A stretch of 64,000 nt of DNA, taken from Minisyncoccia bacterium. GTDB lineage: Bacteria > Patescibacteriota > Minisyncoccia > Phycocordibacterales > DATDWN01. Of the stretch, positions 1 to 9,601 are shown piece by piece. The translations under genes were made by a program, and so were the position numbers. The DNA lies in NCBI GenBank assembly GCA_049297675.1, contig JBAQUS010000004.1, positions 13,188-77,187 on the forward strand, read 5' to 3'. The notes below the pieces were generated by a model. The model had not been told where the DNA came from, did not search any database, and saw only the letters and a list, made by a program, of their open reading frames with translations. Position 1 is the stretch's first letter. Every line of letters begins with the position of its first letter.

Positions 1-813
1 AGTATATTCAACCCTGTCAACCTGTTCAGCTTTTGCTCGAGTAAGTCTCTCCAGCTGACTACTTGCATTTATCCCCTCGTCTGTAAGTCTTTGAATGATC
101 TGGATTTTTCCCTCGATTATTTTTGCTAAACTAAAGGCATCTTGGGTTTTAGTAGCTAACTGAGTTATCTCATCGTATGCCCTAAGAGCACTTGTCATAG
201 TCCTATCTATTGAATCTATTTTTTTCTTCAAAATCTCAATCTCACTTGTAAAATCCTCAACTTGCTTTTTTATTGTATATGTATTTTCTGAGAAATCTCT
301 AGGGTTAAGACTTTTTATTACCTCGACAACCTCTGGGACATTTTTGTGCAATACTTTGAACGTGTAGTTACAGCTCGTCTCAGACTCTGTGTTGTTTTCA
401 AAGACAACATAGGCTAGTGATTTGAGCTTCAAAATCTCCTGACAATCTCTCGACTTGTTTCTGGTTTCAATATTTGCGTTATAATCCGTCACTTCAAAAT
501 CTTCTGCTCCGTCACCTACCCCACCTCCACCACCGCCAACTGGTGGATATATCATGTTTCGAGTTGAAAGAGTAGGAGCGGATTTTTCATACATTTCATC
601 TGCATACGAATCATAGACAGGCATCTCAGCCATTCCACCATATCCAGGTGCTATTGAACTAACACTAGGATAACTTCCAGTAGTCAAAGTCGAAGGAAAA
701 CTAGAGTTAAAAAGATTATACGAGAAAACAATAACAAAAAGGCTTACGAACAGAACACCAAGAGCCTTAAGTACGTTTATGGGTGTGAAAGTGAAGTTTT
801 TAATGAAATCCAT
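1..813 (-). CDS. hypothetical membrane-anchored protein, partial (C-terminus lies beyond the window start)
   Basis: ATG at ~811-813 on the minus strand (MDFIKNFTFTPINVLKALGVLFVSLFVIVFS...). One N-terminal TM, a Gly-rich linker (GGGGGVGDG), then a coiled-coil-like tail. It is not in the ORF track because it runs off the window edge. I translated it by eye. Confidence 0.4.
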   Translation of the reverse strand, partial: MDFIKNFTFTPINVLKALGVLFVSLFVIVFSYNLFNSSFPSTLTTGSYPSVSSIAPGYGGMAEMPVYDSYADEMYEKSAPTLSTRNMIYPPVGGGGGGVGDGAEDFEVTDYNANIETRNKSRDCQEILKLKSLAYVVFENNTESETSCNYTFKVLHKNVPEVVEVIKSLNPRDFSENTYTIKKQVEDFTSEIEILKKKIDSIDRTMTSALRAYDEITQLATKTQDAFSLAKIIEGKIQIIQRLTDEGINASSQLERLTRAKAEQVDRVEYT

Positions 814-841
814 AGGTAATTATATTATAATTATAATATCA

Positions 842-1969
842 CTATCTCCATTCTTTGACGATCTGGTGTTTTATAGAACCTATAACACCAACTGAAAGTA
901 ACATCATAATCACCTGGAAGATAAAACCGAAGAACGGAACTAATCCCAAAACCTTAAAGACGACGACACCAATAAATATTGTTTTCAAACTGATTTCCGT
1001 TTCATCTTTTTTAAAGTAACCATAAACCAAACTTCCGACAATTATAGGTGAGATTACCCATCCAAACAAAAGTAGAGAAACGAATGCTATTATCCCCATA
1101 AGCCCAAGTGGAGCTCCTATAATAGTCATAATCAAAAGAACTGAAAGTAGTGGTAATAGAAGTAGAATAAGTAAACCTCTTCCAATCTCAAGCATTGGAC
1201 GCTCCATTGCCTTACTTACAACTTCGCTACTGTATCGTTTCAAATTTAGCCCGATTACAGAAGCGGTAACAAATAGTGCCAGGAATTTCCCAATAACCCA
1301 TAGTGACAGAACTCCCAGGAGTACATCTTTAGGAATCTGCCTTTTAGTTTGAGGCTTAAATTCAATCTCTCCTAAAACTACTGCTCCATCCTCTTTTATT
1401 AGTTCACTATTGGCCTTGTATGACAACTTGCCTTTAATAATTGCTGATTTACCTAGAGTTACAGACTCAGCCATAATACTAATCTCGCCTTCAATCGGTG
1501 AATTAATATAAACTTCTCCTCCAGCAATTTTTACTTTCCCGGAAACCGGCGCGTCAATTCTGATGCTCCCCGCACCCACAGTGACATCCCCTCCTACACC
1601 ACTTCCTCCTATGGTAACCTGGCCACCGGCTATTACAACATCCCCAGAAACTTTTCCTTGTATAACAATATTGCCACCAGCTATGCGTAAGTCATCTAAT
1701 ACATTTGAGACCACAGTCACACTACCTCCGCCAGCCAAAAGATCTGCTCCGACCGTACCACTGACCAAAACATTTCCACCACCAACTATGAGATCTCCCG
1801 TTACTTCTCCCATGCTTGTAACACTTCCCCCACCCAAATAAGCATCTCCAGTAATTTTCTCCCCCGATCCGATAGTGGGCTGTTCTCCACCTCGAAACTC
1901 AGCACTAAAGGCAAGTAAAGGGATGAAAACAAACAAAATCGACAAGAAATAAAGATATGATTTTTTCAT
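842..1969 (-). CDS. secreted/membrane protein with bactofilin-like (polymer-forming, beta-helical GGxV repeat) domain and C-terminal multi-TM region
   Basis: Signal peptide MKKSYLYFLSILFVFIPLLAFSA. Repeated xGGxVxVxGxVxGD units are typical of the bactofilin/DUF583 beta-helix. Four to five C-terminal TM helices. Confidence 0.5.
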   Translation of the reverse strand: MKKSYLYFLSILFVFIPLLAFSAEFRGGEQPTIGSGEKITGDAYLGGGSVTSMGEVTGDLIVGGGNVLVSGTVGADLLAGGGSVTVVSNVLDDLRIAGGNIVIQGKVSGDVVIAGGQVTIGGSGVGGDVTVGAGSIRIDAPVSGKVKIAGGEVYINSPIEGEISIMAESVTLGKSAIIKGKLSYKANSELIKEDGAVVLGEIEFKPQTKRQIPKDVLLGVLSLWVIGKFLALFVTASVIGLNLKRYSSEVVSKAMERPMLEIGRGLLILLLLPLLSVLLIMTIIGAPLGLMGIIAFVSLLLFGWVISPIIVGSLVYGYFKKDETEISLKTIFIGVVVFKVLGLVPFFGFIFQVIMMLLSVGVIGSIKHQIVKEWR

Positions 1970-2070
1970 GTTCTAATAGTTAATTTTAATGTTTATATTA
2001 TACACCCACATCTTTTTCATTCAAGACAAACCTAATCCCATGAATACCTGCAACAAATATGTAAAAATTC

Positions 2071-2098
2071 ATTCCAAAATTCTCAAGAATTTTGGAAT
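2071..2098. promoter_or_regulatory. 28-bp palindrome attccaaaattctcaagaattttggaat (operator-like), core AATTCTCAAGAATT
   Basis: Near-perfect inverted repeat seen in the sequence. It overlaps the 3' end of the ArsR gene, ~100 bp upstream of the 842..1969 gene start. It shares its core with the palindrome at 2471-2508. Confidence 0.5.
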
Positions 2099-2454
2099 TC
2101 AGTTAAAAATTTGACAAATCTTTCTCCGTAAGGAGTTAGAGAGTGAACAACATTATGACCTTTATAATTTTTATTTATTAGTCCTGCGCCTGAAAGCCTA
2201 CGTAAATGTTCGGATATAGTTTTAAAATTGCCTTTTAGGCTTGACGCAATATTTTCAACACTTGCTCCCTTTTCTTTTGATACTAGAAGTAAAATGGCTA
2301 TTCTCCAATGATTTGCGATTCCTTTTAAGTGCCTTTCCATTTGTTTGGCTGTTTTTGGAACACGATAAAAAGATGCTCCTCCATTAGATGATTTTTTTGA
2401 TTTACTTTTTTTGAAGGCTAATCCCGCTCCCATAGATTGACAGCATCCTAGCAC
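2083..2454 (-). CDS. ArsR/SmtB-family winged-helix transcriptional regulator
   Basis: HTH signature NFKTISEHLRRLSGAGLI, preceded by HWRIAILLL. The real start may be an internal Met (MERHLKG...). Confidence 0.7.
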   Translation of the reverse strand: MLGCCQSMGAGLAFKKSKSKKSSNGGASFYRVPKTAKQMERHLKGIANHWRIAILLLVSKEKGASVENIASSLKGNFKTISEHLRRLSGAGLINKNYKGHNVVHSLTPYGERFVKFLTEFQNS

Positions 2455-2470
2455 AATTCCATATATTGTA

Positions 2471-2508
2471 AACTTATTCTTAAATTCTCAAGAATTTAAG
2501 AATAAGTT
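2471..2508. promoter_or_regulatory. 38-bp perfect palindrome aacttattcttaaattctcaagaatttaagaataagtt (operator-like)
   Basis: Seen in the sequence, immediately upstream of the ArsR start. Same AATTCTCAAGAATT core as 2071-2098. Confidence 0.5.
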
Positions 2509-2567
2509 ATATTTGGATATTTATAATGAATAATTCTGACTACAAAAATTTCGATACTGACGTTTAC

Positions 2568-2882
2568 TCACTTAAACTCGAAAACAATTTTTTTAAAATT
2601 TATTATTTTGCCTTTTTCGACTTCTATTTTCTCTTTCTTGTACAATGCCATCCTCTCTTTTCTGTGTTTATTGTCCGTCCAGAACTTGCCGTCAGTATAA
2701 ACTATCCTATGCCATGGGATTTTATGATTGCCCTCCTGCCAAGCCTTGTACAAAATGCCTGTGATACTTCTCGAAGCCATGCTTCCCCCACCCCCTGCCT
2801 TAGCAATTTTACCGTAAGTCGTCACTCTGCCTTTTGGAATAGACATTGCCAGTTTTACAACTCTTTCTGAAAAAGTTTGCAT
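2568..2882 (-). CDS. alkyltransferase-like protein (ATL; MGMT/Ogt DNA-binding domain with Cys replaced, PWHR motif)
   Basis: IPKGRVTTYGKIAKAGG...ASR.ITGIL...IPWHRIVY is the MGMT DNA-binding domain with PWHR instead of PCHR. The + strand ORF 2526..2870 is antisense and likely spurious. Confidence 0.7.
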   Translation of the reverse strand: MQTFSERVVKLAMSIPKGRVTTYGKIAKAGGGGSMASRSITGILYKAWQEGNHKIPWHRIVYTDGKFWTDNKHRKERMALYKKEKIEVEKGKIINFKKIVFEFK

Positions 2883-2898
2883 GATATTTAAAAAAATC

Positions 2899-3768
2899 TT
2901 ATTTAACTATCATTTCTAAAAATTTAGAAAGTGAGATGAATGCTGCAGCGGCTTTTTTGTGACCATTTCCTCCCAAAATCTGAGCCAAGGTCAAGGCGTT
3001 TGGCTCATGACCATCTCTTCCTCGAAAACTTATTTTGACAGTGTTACCACTTATTCCAAATATACCTACGGTTTTGTTTTGTTGGCTAGAGAGAATATTT
3101 CCTCCAACCGATCTCAAACCAGAGTCAATGTTGTAAACTGGGACTTCAAAATCACCTATTTTTATAGTAATTGGCAGTTTCTCGAGCTCTTTAGTCAGCC
3201 TCTTGTCTTCGTATATGGATATCATTCTACCCTTATCCTTTTTTTCATCTAAATCAGAATTTATCAAACCAGCTACAGCTTTTGAATCATTTTGAAATAT
3301 TGATAAATAATTCCCCATATCTTTTGTATCATCTCTGTATTTCAACTTAAACAAGTCAGCATCTTCAACCAGTTTTATTAGTTCTGGAACTTCATCATCA
3401 GGGAAAAAATATGACCATGATAATGATGCCCCCGACTTATCATTATCAAAAATGAAAGTGAAATTTTTGTTTTCAATCGCCAACTTTTCGTATTCTTCCT
3501 TTGCACCTATATGATGATCTATTGATGTAACCTTAAAACCTAGACTCAAAATTTCCTTAACGCCCAAAACATTATCAACTGTATAGACATCTGTGCCTTC
3601 ATCAATCAAAGACAAAATATTCTCCAACTCTTCCCTCGTGTGTGAGTGAGATAGTGGAAAAACTTTTGCCTCAGGAAATTTCCTCAAAACCACCGCTCCG
3701 GCAGTTGTCCCGTCATTGCAATCCTTATGATATATGGCTATTACTTTTTTCATGATTTTTTCCTCCAT
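2899..3768 (-). CDS. DHH/DHHA1 family phosphoesterase (NrnA-like nanoRNase / pAp phosphatase)
   Basis: N-terminal DHH region (IAIYHKDCNDGTTAG ... SIDHHIG) and C-terminal DHHA1 GGNGHKKAAAA motif. Confidence 0.7.
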   Translation of the reverse strand: MEEKIMKKVIAIYHKDCNDGTTAGAVVLRKFPEAKVFPLSHSHTREELENILSLIDEGTDVYTVDNVLGVKEILSLGFKVTSIDHHIGAKEEYEKLAIENKNFTFIFDNDKSGASLSWSYFFPDDEVPELIKLVEDADLFKLKYRDDTKDMGNYLSIFQNDSKAVAGLINSDLDEKKDKGRMISIYEDKRLTKELEKLPITIKIGDFEVPVYNIDSGLRSVGGNILSSQQNKTVGIFGISGNTVKISFRGRDGHEPNALTLAQILGGNGHKKAAAAFISLSKFLEMIVK

Positions 3769-3789
3769 CTTGGAGCAAAACCTGTAGAA

Positions 3790-4083
3790 CTACCAAACCT
3801 GGAATATTTCTCTTGAGCCGGTCAGGTACATCTCAGTATAACCCTTCATTTTCTCCATAGCCTTTTTCATTTCTTTTGTCGGATTTTTGTATTTTTCCCA
3901 ACTTTTTTCATAAGCTGTCAGATCTTTATATTTTGAAACCATAATCACTCTGTTATATTGACCAGTCATGTCGGTCATTATGTTGACCAGATTCTTGTCA
4001 CTAGCCATCACCCCTTTAAATAACTTAGCCATTTTCGAAGCATTACCAGGCTTACAAACAAATACATCATGTACGATAATCAT
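3790..4083 (-). CDS. hypothetical protein (possible small alpha+beta barrel, Dabb/ABM-like)
   Basis: 97-aa ORF with no diagnostic motif. Fold guess only. Confidence 0.3.
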   Translation of the reverse strand: MIIVHDVFVCKPGNASKMAKLFKGVMASDKNLVNIMTDMTGQYNRVIMVSKYKDLTAYEKSWEKYKNPTKEMKKAMEKMKGYTEMYLTGSREIFQVW

Positions 4084-4142
4084 AATTATTTTGGTTAATG
4101 ATAATTATTTATTATACACCTTTTAGATAAATACAAAGTGAA

Positions 4143-5330
4143 CTATATAAAAGTTAGTGCCTTACCAAGCTTTCCGGCTCTCCCTGTTCGTCCTATTCTA
4201 TGTATGTAGTCTTCATGCGTGCCCGGTACATCGAAGTTAATAACGTGGCTTACATTTGGAATGTCCAAGCCTCTTGCCGCCACGTCTGTTGCAACGAGTA
4301 CTTTAGTTTTGTTTGCTTTAAAATCATTTAGAGCTCTCTGTCTTTGAGTTTGGTTTTTATTTCCATGTATTGCTGTGGAAGAGACTCCTCTTTTTGAGAG
4401 CTCATCAGATAGTTTTTGAACACCATGTTTTGTTCTAGCAAAAACCAAAACCTTCTCGAATTCATCTTTTGAGAGTAATCCGTGTAACACATCAACTTTT
4501 GGCAAATCGTTAACCCGTACAACATCTTGATGAACATTTTTTGCAGTATCACCTGTTTTAACAGAAATTCTAACAGGATTATTCAAAAATTCAGAAATAA
4601 GTTTTTCGATCTCATTTGAGAGCGTTGCTGAAAAGAAAAGGGTTTGTCTTTCTTTTGGCATTTTAGACATAACAAGTCTCATGTCGTTTATAAAACCCAT
4701 GTCTAGCATCCTATCTGCTTCATCCAAAACCACAGATCTATAATTTGAAATATTCAGAACTCCTCTTTCCATTAAATCTTTTATTCTTCCGGGTGTACCG
4801 ATTACAAATTGATTGTGAAATCGTAGCTGTCTTATTTGCCCGCCAATAGGTACTCCTCCAACAGCACAAACCGAATGAATGCCTACATTGCCAACAAATC
4901 CTTTAAGTTCATCGTTTATCTGTACTGCCAGTTCACGTGTCGGAGCTATGATAAGAACCTGCTCATTGACACCGTTGTAAACTTTATGAATAAGCGGAAT
5001 AAGAAAAGCCGCAGTTTTGCCTGTACCTGTATTTGCAATTCCAACAATATCTCTGCCAGCTAAAATCTCTGGAATGGCACCGTCTTGAATAGGTGTAGGT
5101 GTTACGTAACCTTTTTTTATAATGTTACCCTTCAAACCTTCCACAATTTTAAAGTCAGCAAAACTATGCTTAGGCACGAATGGTATTTCCTTCGCTACTT
5201 CAACTTTAGTATTTATATATCTAGAGACATCAATGCTTTTTTGTGCAAATTTTCCTCTACCTCTACCTCTTCCATTAAATCGTGGACTGGAAAAACTTCC
5301 ACGTCCAAAATTTCCATTATTTCTGTACAT
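4143..5330 (-). CDS. DEAD-box ATP-dependent RNA helicase
   Basis: Q motif/motif I (TPIQ..., ANTGTGKTAAF), PTRELA, GTPGR, VLDEADRMLDMGF, SAT, ARGLD, HRIGRTGRAG. RG-rich N-terminus. Confidence 0.9.
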   Translation of the reverse strand: MYRNNGNFGRGSFSSPRFNGRGRGRGKFAQKSIDVSRYINTKVEVAKEIPFVPKHSFADFKIVEGLKGNIIKKGYVTPTPIQDGAIPEILAGRDIVGIANTGTGKTAAFLIPLIHKVYNGVNEQVLIIAPTRELAVQINDELKGFVGNVGIHSVCAVGGVPIGGQIRQLRFHNQFVIGTPGRIKDLMERGVLNISNYRSVVLDEADRMLDMGFINDMRLVMSKMPKERQTLFFSATLSNEIEKLISEFLNNPVRISVKTGDTAKNVHQDVVRVNDLPKVDVLHGLLSKDEFEKVLVFARTKHGVQKLSDELSKRGVSSTAIHGNKNQTQRQRALNDFKANKTKVLVATDVAARGLDIPNVSHVINFDVPGTHEDYIHRIGRTGRAGKLGKALTFI

Positions 5331-5596
5331 ATTATTTAGCGAATACTCGCTATAACCCTGAGCGTTATATTAAAATCTTGCTCCGACTCAAGGGTTTTAT
5401 GAAGGTCTAGCCTTCGCAATTAGAGAGTTAAAAGTCCCTGAAACCACTGAGATATTAAGTTATCCCACCATTATAGCAAATCCACATATTTTTGTCAAAT
5501 AAGCCGAAATAAACGCTTTGTTAGTAAATAAAAATGATATAATTCTTAACATACTTTGAACTATGAAACTCGACGAAAACACATGTTTTCTGGCGT

Positions 5597-5655
5597 ATCT
5601 CGGAATGCGTGTAGCATGAGAGTTAAGGAAAATTTTCAGCAGAAAATTATTCCGG
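5597..5655. repeat. ~58-bp repeated element (atctcggaatgcgtgtagcatgagagttaaggaaaattttcagcagaaaattattccgg), copy 1
   Basis: Paralog of 26311-26368. Sits ~50 bp upstream of the acyltransferase gene. Confidence 0.55.
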
Positions 5656-5706
5656 CACCATAAAATATGTGTTGAGTAAGAGTTTCATGTTCCATAACAA
5701 AAAACA

Positions 5707-6897
5707 ATGCAATTTGGTTATACCAACATCTTTCCCTACTTTGTAATCAGTGCCTTTATGGTCGCATTTTCTATTTTTGTGTTAAAAAGAAGTAGTTTTT
5801 TTCAAAAAATAGCCGAGGCTGAAGTATCTGAGAGATACGAAGCCTTGGATGGTTTACGTGGGTTTCTAGCTATCGGGGTTTTCTTTCAGCATGCTGTACA
5901 AAATTTCTCTTTCTTTCAAACTGGTGTTTGGGTAATCACCGACTCACGGTTTTACAGATTTTTAGGGGGAGAAGCTGTTATATTATTTTTCATTACCACA
6001 AGCTTTTTATATTGGACAAAACTGGTCTTAGTAAAAAGTCACGGTGAAAATCAAATGTTTCGGTTGTATCGAAGCCGGTTACTTAGATTAGCTCCTCTTT
6101 ATCTTTTTTCGGGACTATTGGTCAGTATTATTGCCCTGTATAATGTTGACTTCAGTATTATTTCAATAAGTGGTTTTTTTAGAGATATTTTTTATTGGCT
6201 AACACTTGGACTACACACCATCCAAAGCTTTAACGGCACTGACATAATACCTATCAATGCCGGAATACACTGGACACTAAGATACGAATGGGCATTTTAT
6301 CTCTTACTACCCCTAGTAGCATTTTTGATGAAAAATTCACTTGGTAAAATTGCTTCAGTTCTTATTTTGATAGGAATATTCTCCCTTCCCGACAGAGGAT
6401 ACTGGGCAATATTTCTTTTTGGCATTCTCTCCGCCTATATTGTAAGTTACTACCCATCTATTCCATGGTTTAAGAAAAATAATTGGTCAGCTTTGGTTCC
6501 ACTCGTGGGCCTGTTTCTTGTGTACTCAATAAATTACAAACCATACTCTTATGTTCAATATTTTATCAGTATGATAGTCTTTCTGTGTTTCGTATATGGC
6601 AACAATTTATTTGGATTGTTGAAAACGCCTTTCGCAAAATTTTTGAGCACTATTAGTTACAGTGTCTATCTTTTACATGGAATAGTCCTGTATATTGTTC
6701 TAAATATTGTAAACAAGTTCTATCCCGTAGCATCTCTTAGTCCGCTTCAGTATTGGACTGTCATTCTCTTTGCTGGAATAATAGTTATTGTTGTTTCGGC
6801 TCTATCTTATAGGTTCATTGAACACAGGTTCATAGAGAAAATCAAACTTGGTAAGAAAGGGTCGTCGCCTACACCTGTAATAGAAAAAGTTATTTGA
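5707..6897 (+). CDS. acyltransferase family 3 (OafA-like) integral membrane protein
   Basis: ~10 predicted TM helices with acyltransferase_3-like spacing. ATGA-type overlap with the next gene. Confidence 0.5.
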   Translation: MQFGYTNIFPYFVISAFMVAFSIFVLKRSSFFQKIAEAEVSERYEALDGLRGFLAIGVFFQHAVQNFSFFQTGVWVITDSRFYRFLGGEAVILFFITTSFLYWTKLVLVKSHGENQMFRLYRSRLLRLAPLYLFSGLLVSIIALYNVDFSIISISGFFRDIFYWLTLGLHTIQSFNGTDIIPINAGIHWTLRYEWAFYLLLPLVAFLMKNSLGKIASVLILIGIFSLPDRGYWAIFLFGILSAYIVSYYPSIPWFKKNNWSALVPLVGLFLVYSINYKPYSYVQYFISMIVFLCFVYGNNLFGLLKTPFAKFLSTISYSVYLLHGIVLYIVLNIVNKFYPVASLSPLQYWTVILFAGIIVIVVSALSYRFIEHRFIEKIKLGKKGSSPTPVIEKVI

Positions 6898-7910
6898 TTA
6901 TGCAACACCATATTCATCACAATCATAAAAGGAAAAGGAGAAAAGTTTTTTGGCTTGTCTCACTTTTGGTTATTTCAACTATTTTGATAGCAATGTATTT
7001 TAGCAATAAGGATTCACTCGTAGTAAACGAAAAAATTGCTGTTGCCACTACAACAAAAATAACAAAACCAAAAACAACAGTTAAACCTGAAAAAATCAAA
7101 CCACAGACAAATGGCGAAATGAGTATCTCCGTTTTTCCAGATTCTATTATGCAGGGAGAACCAGCTATTATAAAAGTAAATGGATTGTCATCGACAACAA
7201 ACGTAAAGTCTTTCACGTTCGACAGTCGCCCTCTTATCTTTTTTCTCTATGAGGATGAAGTTACAGCCTTTCTCGGTGTAGATCTAAACTATGCAACCGG
7301 TACTTTTCCACTTGTACTAACCATGAAAGACGGTAAGCAAATTCGTCAAGATTTTGTCATAAAGACACGCCCCGTGGTCAGAATTCCTTTTGATATTCCT
7401 GAAAAACTCGGCGGTAATACACCGCAGAGCGTCAAAATTCTTTTCGCAACACTTGCGCAGGAGGCAAAAATTGTTAACGCCATTCCAACCGGTTACACTA
7501 GACTCTGGACAGATAAATTTAGATCGCCATTAGACACTCCTATTGTTGTAGAAGATCCTTATGGCTACACAAGAATTACCGGAAACTCCACCATGCCTCA
7601 CAAAGGTACGGATATAAGAGCACCTATCGGCACCCCCGTCTATGCTATGAATCGCGGCTTGGTTAAATTTACAGACAATCTTCGCAACTACGGTAACACA
7701 GTGGTTATAGATCATGGACTGGGATTGCAAACTGTCTATATGCATCTTTCAGAAATTAAAGTAGCCAAAGACCAGATGGTAGAAAGAGGAGACATGATTG
7801 CCCTAAGTGGTGACACTGGTTATGTTCTAAACCCACATCTTCATCTGACAGTCAGAATTTGGGATATTTCCATAGACGCCATGAAATTTTTAGAACTTTT
7901 AGGTGAGTAA
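6894..7910 (+). CDS. M23 family (LytM-like) peptidoglycan metalloendopeptidase, membrane-anchored
   Basis: HKGTDIRAPIGTPVYA ... GNTVVIDHG ... GDTGYVLNPHLHLTV (HxxxD and HxH motifs). N-terminal TM. Confidence 0.85.
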   Translation: MIMQHHIHHNHKRKRRKVFWLVSLLVISTILIAMYFSNKDSLVVNEKIAVATTTKITKPKTTVKPEKIKPQTNGEMSISVFPDSIMQGEPAIIKVNGLSSTTNVKSFTFDSRPLIFFLYEDEVTAFLGVDLNYATGTFPLVLTMKDGKQIRQDFVIKTRPVVRIPFDIPEKLGGNTPQSVKILFATLAQEAKIVNAIPTGYTRLWTDKFRSPLDTPIVVEDPYGYTRITGNSTMPHKGTDIRAPIGTPVYAMNRGLVKFTDNLRNYGNTVVIDHGLGLQTVYMHLSEIKVAKDQMVERGDMIALSGDTGYVLNPHLHLTVRIWDISIDAMKFLELLGE

Positions 7911-7928
7911 AATTATCTGAGTGTTAAT

Positions 7929-8855
7929 TTAATTCTTTTTTGACTCCATTAGGTCGTAAATCTCTCTTGAGAGTTTTTTCAGTGAAAATTCCTGCCAAGG
8001 CCACTTAGTTTTAGTAATGGTCAGAACAGCAATAGCATAATGTGAATTTTTACCTTCCACAACTCCTGCATCTCCACTATATTTAATAACAGCATAGCCT
8101 TTATTAAAAGCAGTTCTAATACCATGGTATATGTTCCATTTATATCCATTAATTACTAACCATCCTCCTTTACGGTAGTAACTCTTAAAATCTTTGAGAT
8201 TTAAACCACCCCTTCTGTCCCTGTTCCATCTTAGTAAATAGCTTTTTAATTTTTCTGATACCCACGGATTAACTAATTGTCCTTGCTCCACTTTATAGAA
8301 AAATTCAGCTAAATGACGTGCATTGGATACTGTAATCTTAGAAACACGATATTCACCTTCCTCTTTTAATCTGTCTAGGAACTTTCTAGTTACATCACTC
8401 CCATTCCATCCATTCGGTAAAATTATATTGTTATTAATATTTTCTCTATTGGCTATATCAATAAGTACATTTGAGGCGGTGTTATCACTCCTTGTAAGCA
8501 TGAGGTCTAAAAGGTAGTCTGTGGTGACTTTATCTCCTGTTTTAAGTAGAGGTCTATAATCTTTGTGGGTACATTTTGGGAAAAATCTTACGTTTTTATC
8601 AACCTCATTTACAAGAGTAATCTCTACGACATCTTCAAGTTTTCTCAAACCAGCATTTATTTGTCTCAATATTTCAGCTCCAACAAAAACCTTGTATATA
8701 CTTGCTGGGTAAATAAAGTGATCCATATTAAATCCAGCAATTTGTGCTTCAGGATTTTTTAAATCAATGATGGCCAAAGATATTTCGTTTGGTTTTGGAT
8801 GGAAATTTTCAACAATTTCTTTTATTTTTTGACTAAGTTGTAGATTTTCTTTCAT
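7929..8855 (-). CDS. serine hydrolase of the class A beta-lactamase / D-Ala-D-Ala carboxypeptidase fold
   Basis: SIYK (SxxK), TRSDNTASN (SDN) and KGG motifs. Confidence 0.55.
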   Translation of the reverse strand: MKENLQLSQKIKEIVENFHPKPNEISLAIIDLKNPEAQIAGFNMDHFIYPASIYKVFVGAEILRQINAGLRKLEDVVEITLVNEVDKNVRFFPKCTHKDYRPLLKTGDKVTTDYLLDLMLTRSDNTASNVLIDIANRENINNNIILPNGWNGSDVTRKFLDRLKEEGEYRVSKITVSNARHLAEFFYKVEQGQLVNPWVSEKLKSYLLRWNRDRRGGLNLKDFKSYYRKGGWLVINGYKWNIYHGIRTAFNKGYAVIKYSGDAGVVEGKNSHYAIAVLTITKTKWPWQEFSLKKLSREIYDLMESKKN

Positions 8856-9060
8856 GCTTTTTAATCATTTCCATTTCAGGTAATATTGCTCCACTTCTCA
8901 TCCTAAACCTTTCATCATTAAATCTTCTTCCTGTGTCTACAAAACCAAGTTTGTTGGGAGTAGTGGACACCGAGTGTCCACTATTCGACTACATTTTATG
9001 GTTATTTTAGGATTTTGAACAGTAGTAGTGGGAATCCCCTCGCTTATTCGCTTAGACTGT

Positions 9061-9552
9061 TTAGAGCTCTATACGAAAAAATACTTGTGGTCCCCATTTT
9101 GATTCCAAGGGAAAACTTTTAATAATCCTCTCCTTATAATGCCTGGATATATTTTCAGCAAAGTCATTTGCAATAAGAGCATTTCTTTCTAGATATTTAA
9201 AGCCACGAATCTTTAATTCATTTTCCAATTTATCCATAATAACCCCGAGTAGACCCTTACCCCTATAATCTTTTTTAATCACCGTGTCCCACATCCATGC
9301 AGTTTCTCCAGGTAAGGCTGGACTACCAGATGTTTCTGGTTCCATTGGTTTAGCATAAGCAAAGCCAATTATTTCTTGATTATCAAGATTTTTTAATAAT
9401 ACAATGGTATTTTCAGAATTTATAAAATCTTTCTCCAGTTCATCTTCAGTAAAAGGATGTTGTTCAAAAGCCTCATTTTCCAAAGAAATAATAGAATCTT
9501 TTGTTTCATTCCAACTAGATTGGTTACTATTAAATACCTCTGCCAAAATCAT
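9061..9552 (-). CDS. GNAT family N-acetyltransferase
   Basis: KDYRGKGLLGVIMDKLENE (acetyl-CoA binding R/Q-x-x-G-x-G/A motif). Confidence 0.6.
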   Translation of the reverse strand: MILAEVFNSNQSSWNETKDSIISLENEAFEQHPFTEDELEKDFINSENTIVLLKNLDNQEIIGFAYAKPMEPETSGSPALPGETAWMWDTVIKKDYRGKGLLGVIMDKLENELKIRGFKYLERNALIANDFAENISRHYKERIIKSFPLESKWGPQVFFRIEL

Positions 9553-9601
9553 GTATACATTATATCAGTTTTATTCTGCTAATGTTTCTGTTTCGTTTAT
9601 T

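Noticed and set aside
1563-1841. Pro/Thr-rich 92-aa + strand ORF
   Set aside because: Fully antisense to the well-supported 842-1969 gene. The translation is low-complexity mirror-image text.
2526-2870. 114-aa + strand ORF
   Set aside because: Antisense to the ATL gene, which has a clear MGMT-domain signature. No motif.
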